Positions 20,266-30,425 of a stretch of DNA of 64,000 nucleotides are shown piece after piece. Under the pieces are notes generated by a model. The model had not been told where the DNA came from, made no database searches, and saw nothing but the letters and a program-made list of their open reading frames with translations. Position 1 is the first letter of the stretch. Each line of letters opens with the position of its first letter. Origin of the DNA: a virus; IMG/VR virus record IMGVR_UViG_3300035182_000466, positions 64,001-128,000 of that record. One strand, 5' to 3'. A program made the translations under genes and the position numbers.

Positions 20266-21840
20266 ATGTCAGTAATAGCACTAGATGGACAACTATTTTT
20301 AGACCTTAAGGTAGATGATCAAGATCTACCTGTAGCTGGAGTAGATTTTTTGGATCAAATAACTATGCTTCAAGACGTATCTTCTGGAATACCAACGTTG
20401 ACATTAACCGTCAATGACTCAGAAGGTATATTTTCTGATTTACATCCTTTGTCTGATGCCAATAAATTTTCAATTACTATTGGTAAAGATAAAGATGAAC
20501 TATCTAGCAATAGACCTTATGAGTTTAGGCTATTTAGTTGGAAGGCTATACAGTATAGCCGTGGTTTAAAATATGTAATACACGCTGTTTTAGACAACTA
20601 TAAGTTTATAAAAAAGATAAAGACCAAAGCATATAAAGGAACAAGCTATAAAGTAATAAAAGAAATTGTAGAAGACTGTGGTTTAGACTTTGTAGGAGAT
20701 AGTTCTGGAGACCCTTGTTCAGATGAACAAACGTGGATAAATGTTTGTGATCCTGTTGCTATTTTCATAAAGAAAATAACTCAACATAGTTATTCAGAAA
20801 ATGGTGTAATGCTAGCTTGTGCTTCTTTTAATGGTGACTTTATTTATAAAAATATAAATAATGCCTTTTCTGAATCTACGCAACCTTATGCTAGTTTTGA
20901 CTCAGACCTAGATTCTAAGAAAACTGATAATACTACTACTAGTCCAGCAACTACTTCTAATCCTTCTTCTATTGGAGGAACAGACTTTAGCAGTTCTCCT
21001 GATAAGTATACAATGAGAGAATATACAACTAGCAGTTCTTCTGGATTCTTAAACTCATGGGTAAACTATGGATATAAGATGATAGAAGATTTAATGTCTG
21101 GAAGTAATGAAGAGTATAGTGGTGTTTCAATACCTTCAGCGGATGGTGCTGCTTCTATAAATACTGAAATATCTGATCAGATAGAAATAGCCCGTAGAGA
21201 TTATGCTCCTATAGACTGTGGAAATACCTATCCAAAATATTGGAAGGCTTACCATAGAAATCTTCGTATGTTAGGATTATTTAGTCAAAAATCAACTTTC
21301 TTGGTTGATACTGTTACTAATTTACAACCATTAGATCCTATTGATCTTAAATTCTATAATCTATCTACTGGAAAGCCTAATGGCTATAGTGGTAGATATA
21401 TTGTTGGGGCACATAAAATTGTCATAAAAGGTACAAAGTATGCAGAGTTGTTTGAAGTGTATAAAATGACAGTACCTAAAACAAGCTCAAGTTCAACAGA
21501 AGCAGATAATTCTTCAAATATAACTAATGCACCTAGTGATAATAGTAGTAGTCAAAAATTACCTAAACTTGCAGATTCACCACCACCTCAAGGGTCTGCT
21601 TTTAGTGGAACTAAAACTAGCTCTGGCGGTATAGCTGTTAATGATATGGAACCTTTAGTATCTGGTGATAAACCTGTTAGTGATAATCAATTGATACAAC
21701 CTAAAGAAGTTAATACTTTGCCTCTTGCTTCTGATGTACTTAAGTCCAATAAAACTTCTAGTACAACGAATACAAGTCAAGTATCACAAAGTAGTAGTAT
21801 TATAGCTGTAAAGAATTTAGGAGAGTTACCTAATATATAG
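20266..21840 (+). CDS. baseplate hub protein (gp27/gpD-like) with Ser-rich tail
   Basis: PTLTLTVND, YSGRYIVGAHK; position after the gp53-like gene. Confidence 0.6.
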   Translation: MSVIALDGQLFLDLKVDDQDLPVAGVDFLDQITMLQDVSSGIPTLTLTVNDSEGIFSDLHPLSDANKFSITIGKDKDELSSNRPYEFRLFSWKAIQYSRGLKYVIHAVLDNYKFIKKIKTKAYKGTSYKVIKEIVEDCGLDFVGDSSGDPCSDEQTWINVCDPVAIFIKKITQHSYSENGVMLACASFNGDFIYKNINNAFSESTQPYASFDSDLDSKKTDNTTTSPATTSNPSSIGGTDFSSSPDKYTMREYTTSSSSGFLNSWVNYGYKMIEDLMSGSNEEYSGVSIPSADGAASINTEISDQIEIARRDYAPIDCGNTYPKYWKAYHRNLRMLGLFSQKSTFLVDTVTNLQPLDPIDLKFYNLSTGKPNGYSGRYIVGAHKIVIKGTKYAELFEVYKMTVPKTSSSSTEADNSSNITNAPSDNSSSQKLPKLADSPPPQGSAFSGTKTSSGGIAVNDMEPLVSGDKPVSDNQLIQPKEVNTLPLASDVLKSNKTSSTTNTSQVSQSSSIIAVKNLGELPNI

Positions 21841-21861
21841 TAAATTAGCGAGGAAATAAAA

Positions 21862-22407
21862 ATGGGTAATTTTGATTATGCTCAAAGAGTAACAATGTCT
21901 GATGGTGATTATCCTATTGATGATAAGAGTACGTTAAAAAGCGGTGATTGGAATAATACTACAATCCTACAGCCTTGGGATGCAATTGAGTCTAATGGTG
22001 TACTAAGACCACAAACTGGTTCAAAACGTCCATGTTATGCAACATACATGACCAGAAGAAAAGCTGTAAGTCAAATGAAAGTTACAATAGTTGGAACTTA
22101 TAGAAAAATAAGTCTTAAACTACCTGGACTAGAATACTTATTTGACAATGCACCAAATGGTTGGTTAGACTTAACCATGTTATATGATGGGTATGATACT
22201 CCAGGATCTGGAAGAAACAGTAATGGATGTGCTTTAGGTATTGCTGCAAATGGAGGAAGCGGTCTTTTTATTGCTACCTTTGGTAGACAATCTAGCACTA
22301 ATAGTAGTAACAATACTATTTTAGTAAGGATAAAACTCGAAGCTCTTGATGTTATAAAAGGAATAACCTTAGAAGGAATGGTTGAAAATCCAGATATAGT
22401 ATGGTGA
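21862..22407 (+). CDS. hypothetical structural protein
   Basis: GAGG RBS; 181 aa; within the tail module. Confidence 0.6.
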   Translation: MGNFDYAQRVTMSDGDYPIDDKSTLKSGDWNNTTILQPWDAIESNGVLRPQTGSKRPCYATYMTRRKAVSQMKVTIVGTYRKISLKLPGLEYLFDNAPNGWLDLTMLYDGYDTPGSGRNSNGCALGIAANGGSGLFIATFGRQSSTNSSNNTILVRIKLEALDVIKGITLEGMVENPDIVW

Positions 22408-22434
22408 CATAGTTGTCGGTAGTGGAGACTAAAA

Positions 22435-23346
22435 ATGGCAATTTCAGATACTAAAAAATTAGATATAGTTTGGAAGAAACTTTTTGGTGTAGCTGAAACT
22501 GATATTTTAAATAAGGATGTTTTGAATGAAACAATTTATACTAACGTAATATCTTATGGTCATGAGATTTGGACAGACTCAGGTAAAATACCTTCTACAC
22601 CGCCTATATCAAATACTAGAGAAATTGGCTTATATAAAGATGATACTATAGCTAAGATGGTTGTTGATGAAACAGTCCCTGGTAATAGAACTTGGTTAGC
22701 AGTAGATAATAGCAATGTACGATTACGAGACTGGATTCCTCCATCTTTAGGCTATAGTTATGCAGTAAGAATATATGTAGAAAATTTAGACTATGGGACA
22801 CATAGAAAGATTATAAATCCTACACTACTAACAATGGAGTATGTATTTGATTATAACGCTGGTGTATTATATTTTCCAAATTGCGTTCCTTCAGATGTAT
22901 TATCTAATAATGCAGTTTTATATATTGAAGGTTACAGATATATAGGGCCTAAAGGCGTTGGAGATGGCGGTGGTCCTATCGAACCTCCTAAACCTGTAGG
23001 AGATTTAGTATATGAACTTTCTGGATCTATCTTCGGTTCAGCTAAGCCTGATGAAGTAGTAATGCGTTTTGTTGTAGCAGCACCAATACGAATAGATAGA
23101 AATTTTCCTAAGTCACAGGCTTACTGTACTATTAAACCTAAAAGAGATACTGAACTGTTGATAACCAGAAATGACAGTATATTTGGCAAGATAGTTTTTA
23201 GAGCAAATGGAGATGGTTACGGAGAGTATAGAGGAATAGAGACTTTATTATTTCCAAAAGATATTTTATTAGTAAAAGCTCCATCTGATTATGATAATAC
23301 GATGAGAGATGTAGAATGGACTATAGTAGCACAACCTGCAGGATAA
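22435..23346 (+). CDS. hypothetical structural protein
   Basis: 303 aa; YVFDYNAGVLYF..YIEGYRYIG motif, two-domain layout with a Pro/Gly linker. Confidence 0.6.
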   Translation: MAISDTKKLDIVWKKLFGVAETDILNKDVLNETIYTNVISYGHEIWTDSGKIPSTPPISNTREIGLYKDDTIAKMVVDETVPGNRTWLAVDNSNVRLRDWIPPSLGYSYAVRIYVENLDYGTHRKIINPTLLTMEYVFDYNAGVLYFPNCVPSDVLSNNAVLYIEGYRYIGPKGVGDGGGPIEPPKPVGDLVYELSGSIFGSAKPDEVVMRFVVAAPIRIDRNFPKSQAYCTIKPKRDTELLITRNDSIFGKIVFRANGDGYGEYRGIETLLFPKDILLVKAPSDYDNTMRDVEWTIVAQPAG

Positions 23347-23372
23347 ACTTCGTCTATACATGAGGTATAAAG

Positions 23373-26300
23373 ATGTTAATTTCTAGTTCATATAAAATAG
23401 GATTTACTAGTTTAACTGAAGTATTTGATTCAGTTTATACTGAGTTTATTTCTGCAGGATGGAACTCTGTTTTTAAAGGTACTGATAAATTTACTATTGA
23501 AACAACTACAACAGTTGATAGTTTATCTCCACTTGAGTCTTGGCGTGTTCACATGGACGCTGGATACATATTAAAATTCAAAAAGCTAATGTATGGATTT
23601 GATGAGCCTAAAGAAGAGGAAATAAAAGAATATGGAAGAATTGTTCTTGGTACTTCTCATCAACTGTTAGATGATGGTACTGTATTACCTACTCCTATTC
23701 CTAAAGATGGTAGATCTACCGATAAACCTTCCGATATAGAGATAGCCGAAGCTCTTATTAGACAGAAGTATGAAACATCTTTGGATGAATTTCTGACAAG
23801 CAAGTTAGCTACACCTAAACCACCAGATGAAATTTATATACCACAATATGATCTTATTGATGGTAAGGAGTGTATAAGGTTTGATACAGATGGTACTTCA
23901 CTACCTTTACCTTATGGTGATATAAGTCCATTATTAAGTGAGGTAGATGCAGTTGGAGAAGGCAGAGTTTTAAGCTATCGTCTTTCTATATCTGATTCTG
24001 GATTTGTTTTAGTGATAAAATCAGAAGGGCACCCTCAAGGCCGTGGAGTAAAATGGCTTTGCGCCCAACGTTTGGTAGACTCAACTACCGGTATTCCATT
24101 TATAGGAAAATTTAATCCAGTAGTTTGTCTAACTAATCATATAGAAAGAAACTATATTAGAACCTTAGGTGATTCTAGTACTGTGTTATATCCTCGGTCT
24201 GGTGATAATGTGGTTTGGCAGTTTATAGTTAGAGAGAAGGATGTACTTATACCTACAGCCCATAGTTATTCTAATATTTGCACAGACTACTCTTCTGATC
24301 CATGGAACAACAAAAAACAAATATCTATTTCAGAACGAGGAAATTATCTAGTTACTATTCCTGATGGAATAACCACTAAAAGGTTTTTATATCAAGATCA
24401 GTGTATGGATCTTATCTCATTTGTTTCTGCTAATGTATTATCTGAAGGTAATACTGCAGTATTTAATTGTTTTAGACAAGGAGATCATTTAGTTAGACTT
24501 GAATATACTGGAGAAAGAGCCTCCATTAATTATAATGAAGGACAAAGATTACTAATTCAAACTAATTTTGATTATCTTAATATTCCTGAACCTATAGCAA
24601 TTGTTTCTGGTAATCCTGATAGGATAACTAATAGTTCTAATCTTGATGTTTCTGTATCTGGATTATACTTAATAAATTATAAGTGGAGAATAGATTTTGG
24701 AGAATGGAGTGATGAATTAGACATAATAACACCAATTAAATTAAAGGATTTACCAGAAGGTCAAAGAGTATTAGAGGTAATAGGCCAGCGTGATGATAAC
24801 AAGTGGCAGATTAGACCTACTACAGTTTTTTGGACTATAGATAAAAGTTATCCTACTGCAATAATAAATTCAGATGTTCCATTTGCTACAAGAAAAAAGG
24901 ACATAACGATTAGTATTGGTGATAATTCTGTATCTGCTTTTAAATATAAATTAGACAATAATAATTGGAGCCAGGAGATTTTAAATTTTCCTACTACTAA
25001 AATTAAACTCACTAATTTAACTGAGAGTACTCATACTATAAAAGTTATTGGAAAAAATAGTATAGGAAATTATCAACCAGAAAATGTTGCTACTGAATTT
25101 TCTTGGGTAGTAGATACATTAACTAATGTTCCTATATTAACTAATGTACCAAAAAGTCTTACCTATTTAACAACCACAGATATAACTATCTCTGGAAGAA
25201 ATGTAAATATTTATAAATACCGTATCAATAATGGAACATGGAGTGGAGAATATTCTTCATCTCAACCCTTACAACTCTCGTCTTTACCAGATGGTCTAAA
25301 TAAATTAGAAGTTCTATCTTTTGATATAATAAATCAGGTATGGCCAGCAGAATCTGAGGCAGTAACTTATTCATGGACTATAAACTCAGTAGAACCAGAA
25401 GCAATTTTAACAAATCTTCCAAAGCTTTTAACAAATGTTACTTCTACTAATATTAATGTGACAGGACAAAATTTAGTTTTATATAAATATAAAATTGATG
25501 AAGAACCTTGGAGTATAGAATATCCACTTACACGTAGTATAGACCTATCTAATTTATCTTCAACTTCTCATACTTTACTAGTGGTGGTTAAAAACACTGC
25601 AGATAATTGGCAGGAAACAACACATCCTACAGAATTTACTTGGACAATAGATACAGAAAAACCTGTTGCAGTTATTTCAACTACAATACAAGATTACACC
25701 AATTCTACTATTGCTATTTTTAATATTTCTGGAGAGAAAGTTGTTAGTTACACCTATAAACTAGATACAGGAGCGTGGACAAATCCAGCACCAATTTCGT
25801 CTCCAATTAGTCTTTTAGGACTTGCATCTGAAACACATACATTGCAAGTTTGTGGAATAGATGCCTTAGGCAATATACAAGATACGTTAAATCCAACCAC
25901 ATTTTTATGGACAATTGACACCACTGCACCAGTTGCAACAATTTCAGGTCTTCCTACTACAGAGTACGCTTTAACTCATTCAGTAACAGATTATGATGTG
26001 GTTGTAGGAGGTACAGATGTAGTAAAATATAGATATTCATTAGATAGAAATGCATGGAGTGGAATAAAGTCTGTCTCAGAAAAGATTCTTTTAAGAAATT
26101 TAACACAAGGCGGACATTCACTACGAGTTGTCGGATCAGATTCTGTAGGAAACTGGCAAACTTCTGCTTCAATTTATAACTGGAATGTTTCTACAGAACC
26201 TAGAATATTTATAGACAATGTACCAAACGGTCCTGTTACTTCTCCTTATAATATTAACATCTCAGTAAAATTAGAAATGTGTTATTACTATAGTTATAGA

Positions 26301-26474
26301 TATTACTTATCTAATGTAGAACCTGTTTGGAGTAATTGGATTACGCAAACAAAAGATCAAAATATAGTTATTTCTGTAAATCAACCTACTACAGCTAATA
26401 TACAATATTGTGGATCTACGTCTTCTGGAGAACAACTTACTGTTTATGGATTAGTTACAATAACAATAACATAA
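23373..26474 (+). CDS. fibre/appendage paralog 1: shared core domain plus ~7 Ig-like repeats
   Basis: N-terminal ~400 aa shares motifs with 26514 and 29130. C-terminal ~90-aa repeats (YKYKID..WS..L..L..H.L.V..WQ..WTID). Confidence 0.7.
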   Translation: MLISSSYKIGFTSLTEVFDSVYTEFISAGWNSVFKGTDKFTIETTTTVDSLSPLESWRVHMDAGYILKFKKLMYGFDEPKEEEIKEYGRIVLGTSHQLLDDGTVLPTPIPKDGRSTDKPSDIEIAEALIRQKYETSLDEFLTSKLATPKPPDEIYIPQYDLIDGKECIRFDTDGTSLPLPYGDISPLLSEVDAVGEGRVLSYRLSISDSGFVLVIKSEGHPQGRGVKWLCAQRLVDSTTGIPFIGKFNPVVCLTNHIERNYIRTLGDSSTVLYPRSGDNVVWQFIVREKDVLIPTAHSYSNICTDYSSDPWNNKKQISISERGNYLVTIPDGITTKRFLYQDQCMDLISFVSANVLSEGNTAVFNCFRQGDHLVRLEYTGERASINYNEGQRLLIQTNFDYLNIPEPIAIVSGNPDRITNSSNLDVSVSGLYLINYKWRIDFGEWSDELDIITPIKLKDLPEGQRVLEVIGQRDDNKWQIRPTTVFWTIDKSYPTAIINSDVPFATRKKDITISIGDNSVSAFKYKLDNNNWSQEILNFPTTKIKLTNLTESTHTIKVIGKNSIGNYQPENVATEFSWVVDTLTNVPILTNVPKSLTYLTTTDITISGRNVNIYKYRINNGTWSGEYSSSQPLQLSSLPDGLNKLEVLSFDIINQVWPAESEAVTYSWTINSVEPEAILTNLPKLLTNVTSTNINVTGQNLVLYKYKIDEEPWSIEYPLTRSIDLSNLSSTSHTLLVVVKNTADNWQETTHPTEFTWTIDTEKPVAVISTTIQDYTNSTIAIFNISGEKVVSYTYKLDTGAWTNPAPISSPISLLGLASETHTLQVCGIDALGNIQDTLNPTTFLWTIDTTAPVATISGLPTTEYALTHSVTDYDVVVGGTDVVKYRYSLDRNAWSGIKSVSEKILLRNLTQGGHSLRVVGSDSVGNWQTSASIYNWNVSTEPRIFIDNVPNGPVTSPYNINISVKLEMCYYYSYRYYLSNVEPVWSNWITQTKDQNIVISVNQPTTANIQYCGSTSSGEQLTVYGLVTITIT

Positions 26475-26513
26475 AATTTATAATTTATATAAACAATGTA
26501 AAGCGAGGTTCTT

Positions 26514-29108
26514 ATGGGATTTTCAATAAGTAGAAATGGTATAACAGATATTTATACACTTTTTACAAATTTAGCTCAAGATCTTGTAGATGGAGGATTT
26601 GATCTTATATGGACTGAAGAAGAGCCTGAGAAAGTATTTATTCAGACAAAGTATTTAAAAGTAAAAATAGATGGAGAATTAGTAGATCCTTCTCATTATA
26701 TTGTTTCAACTTCTTCACCAAGAGATATAACCGCAATTTGCTCTATTCAATTTGTTGAAGGTTTTTATCCATCGAAGGATTCTAAAACGATAACGGCAGA
26801 CTTTTATTATCTTCGTGCATTTAAACAAGCTACGGATATTCCTGTACTAGGTACACCAAGCTCTTTTAATAACATTTTTAAAACAACTGGTTTATCTGAT
26901 ACAAATATCTTAGATGAAGACTCATTTAATCTTTATATAGACGATAATTCAGTAACAAAGGACTCTTACACTCTTAAACCAATACCTGGAGATGGAAATT
27001 ACAGTATAACTGTGAATAATTATGATTTATTGCCCTCAACAGGTTTCTCAATCAAAGCTAGCTACACTACTTCTTATTTAGAAACTAGCCCTACTTATTT
27101 GCTTTCTTCTTATAGTGGTTATGATACTGTAACCAGCATTTCTTTAGCTGAAGATAAAAATAGTTTTACTATATCACTTAGAGGTAATATGGGATTTAGC
27201 ATGACTGAGGTTCCAAGTAATGTACTTCAAATATATATAACTAATATTGTTAAGAATGCTTCTAATATTGTATATGAATTAGAAACCACCTTAGGTGGTC
27301 ACCCAAAACGTTTTTACTGTGATACATATGGACCTAATTCACGGTACATTAATATCCCAGAGTCGGCTGTAACTAAGATGTCTGAGAGTAAAGATCTTGC
27401 TGAGGCTGAATTTCTTGTAGATATGACTTCTTTTTCAGCACAAGATAAACAAGATACAATATTTACTATTAATAACTTAAATACCTCTATAACCTATACA
27501 GAGCTTGTTCCAACCGCAGTATATGATGAAGGAGTTACTTTAGAACAAGCTATACCGAAAGTTGTAACCTATTCAATGAACACTTCTGTTAAGAGTAATC
27601 TACGGGTATATAGATTTATAACTAACACTACTCTTAGTGGTAAGAACACAGGATACAATGATATTTTTTATACACCTAAAGATTTAGTATCAGTTGACTT
27701 ATCTACTTTTGAGCTTAAGGTTAAGGATACCCCAACTAGTACTGCTGTTATTTATTCATTAGGTCTAGACTATTTAGTAGATCCGATTCCTTCAGGGCAA
27801 GCAAAAATAACTATTGTAGATAAAACTAAAATTCCAATAGATACTGCAATAGTAACCGCTAGTTTTAAATATCAACTGCCTGGTAAAGAAGAAGTAGTAA
27901 ATTGTGTTTTAAAAGGTGATATAGATGGAGAAAATAATATTTTTGATATTGGCCCAAGATTAGTTGGAAAGAGATTTACTTTAGAAGCAAGCTCAAAAGT
28001 TGATCCTTTAGTTACTTTTCAGCCTTGGAGAATACACTTAGATTCTAGCTATTATATAAATTTTTTAATCAACACTTTGAGGCCTATAGGATCTAGAAAT
28101 GACTTAGAGTCAGATCCTCCAGAACAAATAACAGAGTATGGCAGACTAGTAGTAGGAACCAAGTATCAGTTATTAGACGATGGAACTGTTTATGACATAT
28201 TTGTACCTGAAAATGCTCCATTTCAAGATTATTTTATTTGTATATATGATACTTCTTATGAAGACTTTAAGTCGATTGTTTACACTCAACAGACGGGTGC
28301 TCCGTCTGTTGAGGACCGTGGTGGGTTGTACTATAATCAGATGGAATATAGTTCAGCATTTCCAAATGGTAGACTAAGATTTGATATAGATGGTATAGAG
28401 AGAAAAATGACAGTAGGTAATATAAGTCCTTTAATAAGTGAAGTTGATTTAAACCCAAGTAGACCTGTTTCTTATGTTGTATCTATATCTGATCATGGAT
28501 TTGCTTTCCATTTAAAAACTGAAGCTTATCCAGAGGGTAGACAAGGTAGTTTTGTCTGCGTTCAAAGACCAGTAAATGCTAAAACTGGAAAAGTTTCAAC
28601 CGATGGATTAACACCTGTAATTGGCTTATTTAGTCAGATAGATAGAATATATCAATCAACAGCAGGTGGAAGTCCATATACCAAATTTCCAAGTTCTGGT
28701 TTAAAAACGGTGTGGCAAATAGTTGTTAGAGAAAAAGATGTATGGACACCTTCTGTACCTAAAAATATAACCTACAATCAAAATAATAATGACTTAAATC
28801 AGAGTTATAGCTCAACTTTTTGGAATGCTAAGAAACAGATTTCTATAGCAGAAGACAATAGTTATATAATTACCGTGCCTGATGGAATTGTAACAGATAG
28901 GCATTTGTACCATAATGAAAGACTTGATATGATTGCTTTTATTTCTGCTAATGTTATTGCGGAATCAATGGTTGCAAAAGTTAATATGCATGGAGAGCTA
29001 GACTCAAATGGACAAAAATTAATGCGAGAGTATACTGCTCAAAGATCAACAGTTGGATATCACGAAGGTAGTCGTGTAATGATTTTGACAAAAGGTGGCG
29101 GAGTATAA
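26514..29108 (+). CDS. fibre/appendage paralog 2 with large internal insertion
   Basis: MGFSISRNG start, ~450-aa beta-rich insert, then QPWRIHLD, YQLLDDG, VREKDV, KQISI, TDRHLY, GGGV. Confidence 0.7.
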   Translation: MGFSISRNGITDIYTLFTNLAQDLVDGGFDLIWTEEEPEKVFIQTKYLKVKIDGELVDPSHYIVSTSSPRDITAICSIQFVEGFYPSKDSKTITADFYYLRAFKQATDIPVLGTPSSFNNIFKTTGLSDTNILDEDSFNLYIDDNSVTKDSYTLKPIPGDGNYSITVNNYDLLPSTGFSIKASYTTSYLETSPTYLLSSYSGYDTVTSISLAEDKNSFTISLRGNMGFSMTEVPSNVLQIYITNIVKNASNIVYELETTLGGHPKRFYCDTYGPNSRYINIPESAVTKMSESKDLAEAEFLVDMTSFSAQDKQDTIFTINNLNTSITYTELVPTAVYDEGVTLEQAIPKVVTYSMNTSVKSNLRVYRFITNTTLSGKNTGYNDIFYTPKDLVSVDLSTFELKVKDTPTSTAVIYSLGLDYLVDPIPSGQAKITIVDKTKIPIDTAIVTASFKYQLPGKEEVVNCVLKGDIDGENNIFDIGPRLVGKRFTLEASSKVDPLVTFQPWRIHLDSSYYINFLINTLRPIGSRNDLESDPPEQITEYGRLVVGTKYQLLDDGTVYDIFVPENAPFQDYFICIYDTSYEDFKSIVYTQQTGAPSVEDRGGLYYNQMEYSSAFPNGRLRFDIDGIERKMTVGNISPLISEVDLNPSRPVSYVVSISDHGFAFHLKTEAYPEGRQGSFVCVQRPVNAKTGKVSTDGLTPVIGLFSQIDRIYQSTAGGSPYTKFPSSGLKTVWQIVVREKDVWTPSVPKNITYNQNNNDLNQSYSSTFWNAKKQISIAEDNSYIITVPDGIVTDRHLYHNERLDMIAFISANVIAESMVAKVNMHGELDSNGQKLMREYTAQRSTVGYHEGSRVMILTKGGGV

Positions 29109-29129
29109 ATTAAGATATAGGAGATAATC

Positions 29130-30404
29130 ATGGGGTTTACTGTTGAAAGATCAGGCTTTATTAGAAGACCAGATATATATAACCAAATCATAAAGGACTT
29201 AGTTGAAAATGGTTTTATTCCAGTCTATTATAATTTAGGTGCGTTATCTGATCCTATTGCAGATATTACTGCTACTAAAGCTACTTTAATTGCTGGTCCT
29301 TCTGTTGATATTATGAATGATCCAAGTAATGTTTATCCATGTGGATTACAACCTTGGAGGATACAAATAGATGGCACTCTTCCTGGAGGTCAGGTTATTG
29401 TAGCTACAGAATATCAACTTCCGGATGATGGTAGCTGCTATACATTTACTGGAACTAAAATACCTGCTACTAATACTACAATAACTACTGATATAAGTGG
29501 TTGTATAGGAAGAGCAAATGAAGATGAAGACGGACTAATAACTGAATCTACTATTCATAATGCAAATCCTTACAATTACATACTAAGTATAACTAATAGA
29601 GGTATAGCAATTGAGATTTTTCAACAAATTGCAGTTAATGGTGCCAGGCGTTATAGTTGGTTCTGTATACAAAGACTTGTTAATCCAATTACTGGAAAAA
29701 TTCAGACTACTGGTAAATGTCCTGTTGCAGTATTATATTGTTGTGAGGCTTCAGGTAAACATGCAAGAAGATTTTATGCTAGGGAGGTAGACGTATATGG
29801 TCCTACCCAATCACAAGCAGCTTATGTATATAGCGATTATGTAAATCAAGTAATAAACGTAGAAAAACAAACGGTATTAGCAGAAACAAATCAGTACTAT
29901 ATTATATTCCCTGCTGGATTTAATACCAATAGACATCTATATAATGAAGAGATGGACATGGTAGCATATACTAGTGCAGGTGTTTTATCACAGAACAATG
30001 ATGCTATAGTAAATGTGTATGGTAGGGCTACAGTAGCTTTTTCAAATGGTTCTACCAAACCTCTCTCAGAAGATTTAATAAAAGATCCTATTACCGGAGC
30101 AACTGGTGTTGTTTATGAAGTAGTTTTAACTTCAGGCACCTGGTTAACTTCAACCACTGATCCTATAACAGGAACAGTTACAACTACAGGTGGAGATGCG
30201 AAAGGTTTTATAAATGTTTATAGCTGTAGTGGAACTTTTGTTACTTCTAATCCAATAGATAACGTAACTAAGAATTTAACCAAGATTGCAGTCTCAGATT
30301 TAGATAGCCAATTAGAATACCGATCTTATCGTGGTGGATGTGCTAATATACCAGATGCAGAAGGTATGAGGATGCTATATCTAGTAAGTGGTGGCGGAAT
30401 TTAA
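29130..30404 (+). CDS. fibre/appendage paralog 3
   Basis: MGFTVERSG, QPWRIQID, YQLPDDG, CIQRLVN, TNRHLY, GGGI. Confidence 0.7.
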   Translation: MGFTVERSGFIRRPDIYNQIIKDLVENGFIPVYYNLGALSDPIADITATKATLIAGPSVDIMNDPSNVYPCGLQPWRIQIDGTLPGGQVIVATEYQLPDDGSCYTFTGTKIPATNTTITTDISGCIGRANEDEDGLITESTIHNANPYNYILSITNRGIAIEIFQQIAVNGARRYSWFCIQRLVNPITGKIQTTGKCPVAVLYCCEASGKHARRFYAREVDVYGPTQSQAAYVYSDYVNQVINVEKQTVLAETNQYYIIFPAGFNTNRHLYNEEMDMVAYTSAGVLSQNNDAIVNVYGRATVAFSNGSTKPLSEDLIKDPITGATGVVYEVVLTSGTWLTSTTDPITGTVTTTGGDAKGFINVYSCSGTFVTSNPIDNVTKNLTKIAVSDLDSQLEYRSYRGGCANIPDAEGMRMLYLVSGGGI

Positions 30405-30425
30405 AATTCTATTATTGGAGAGAAA

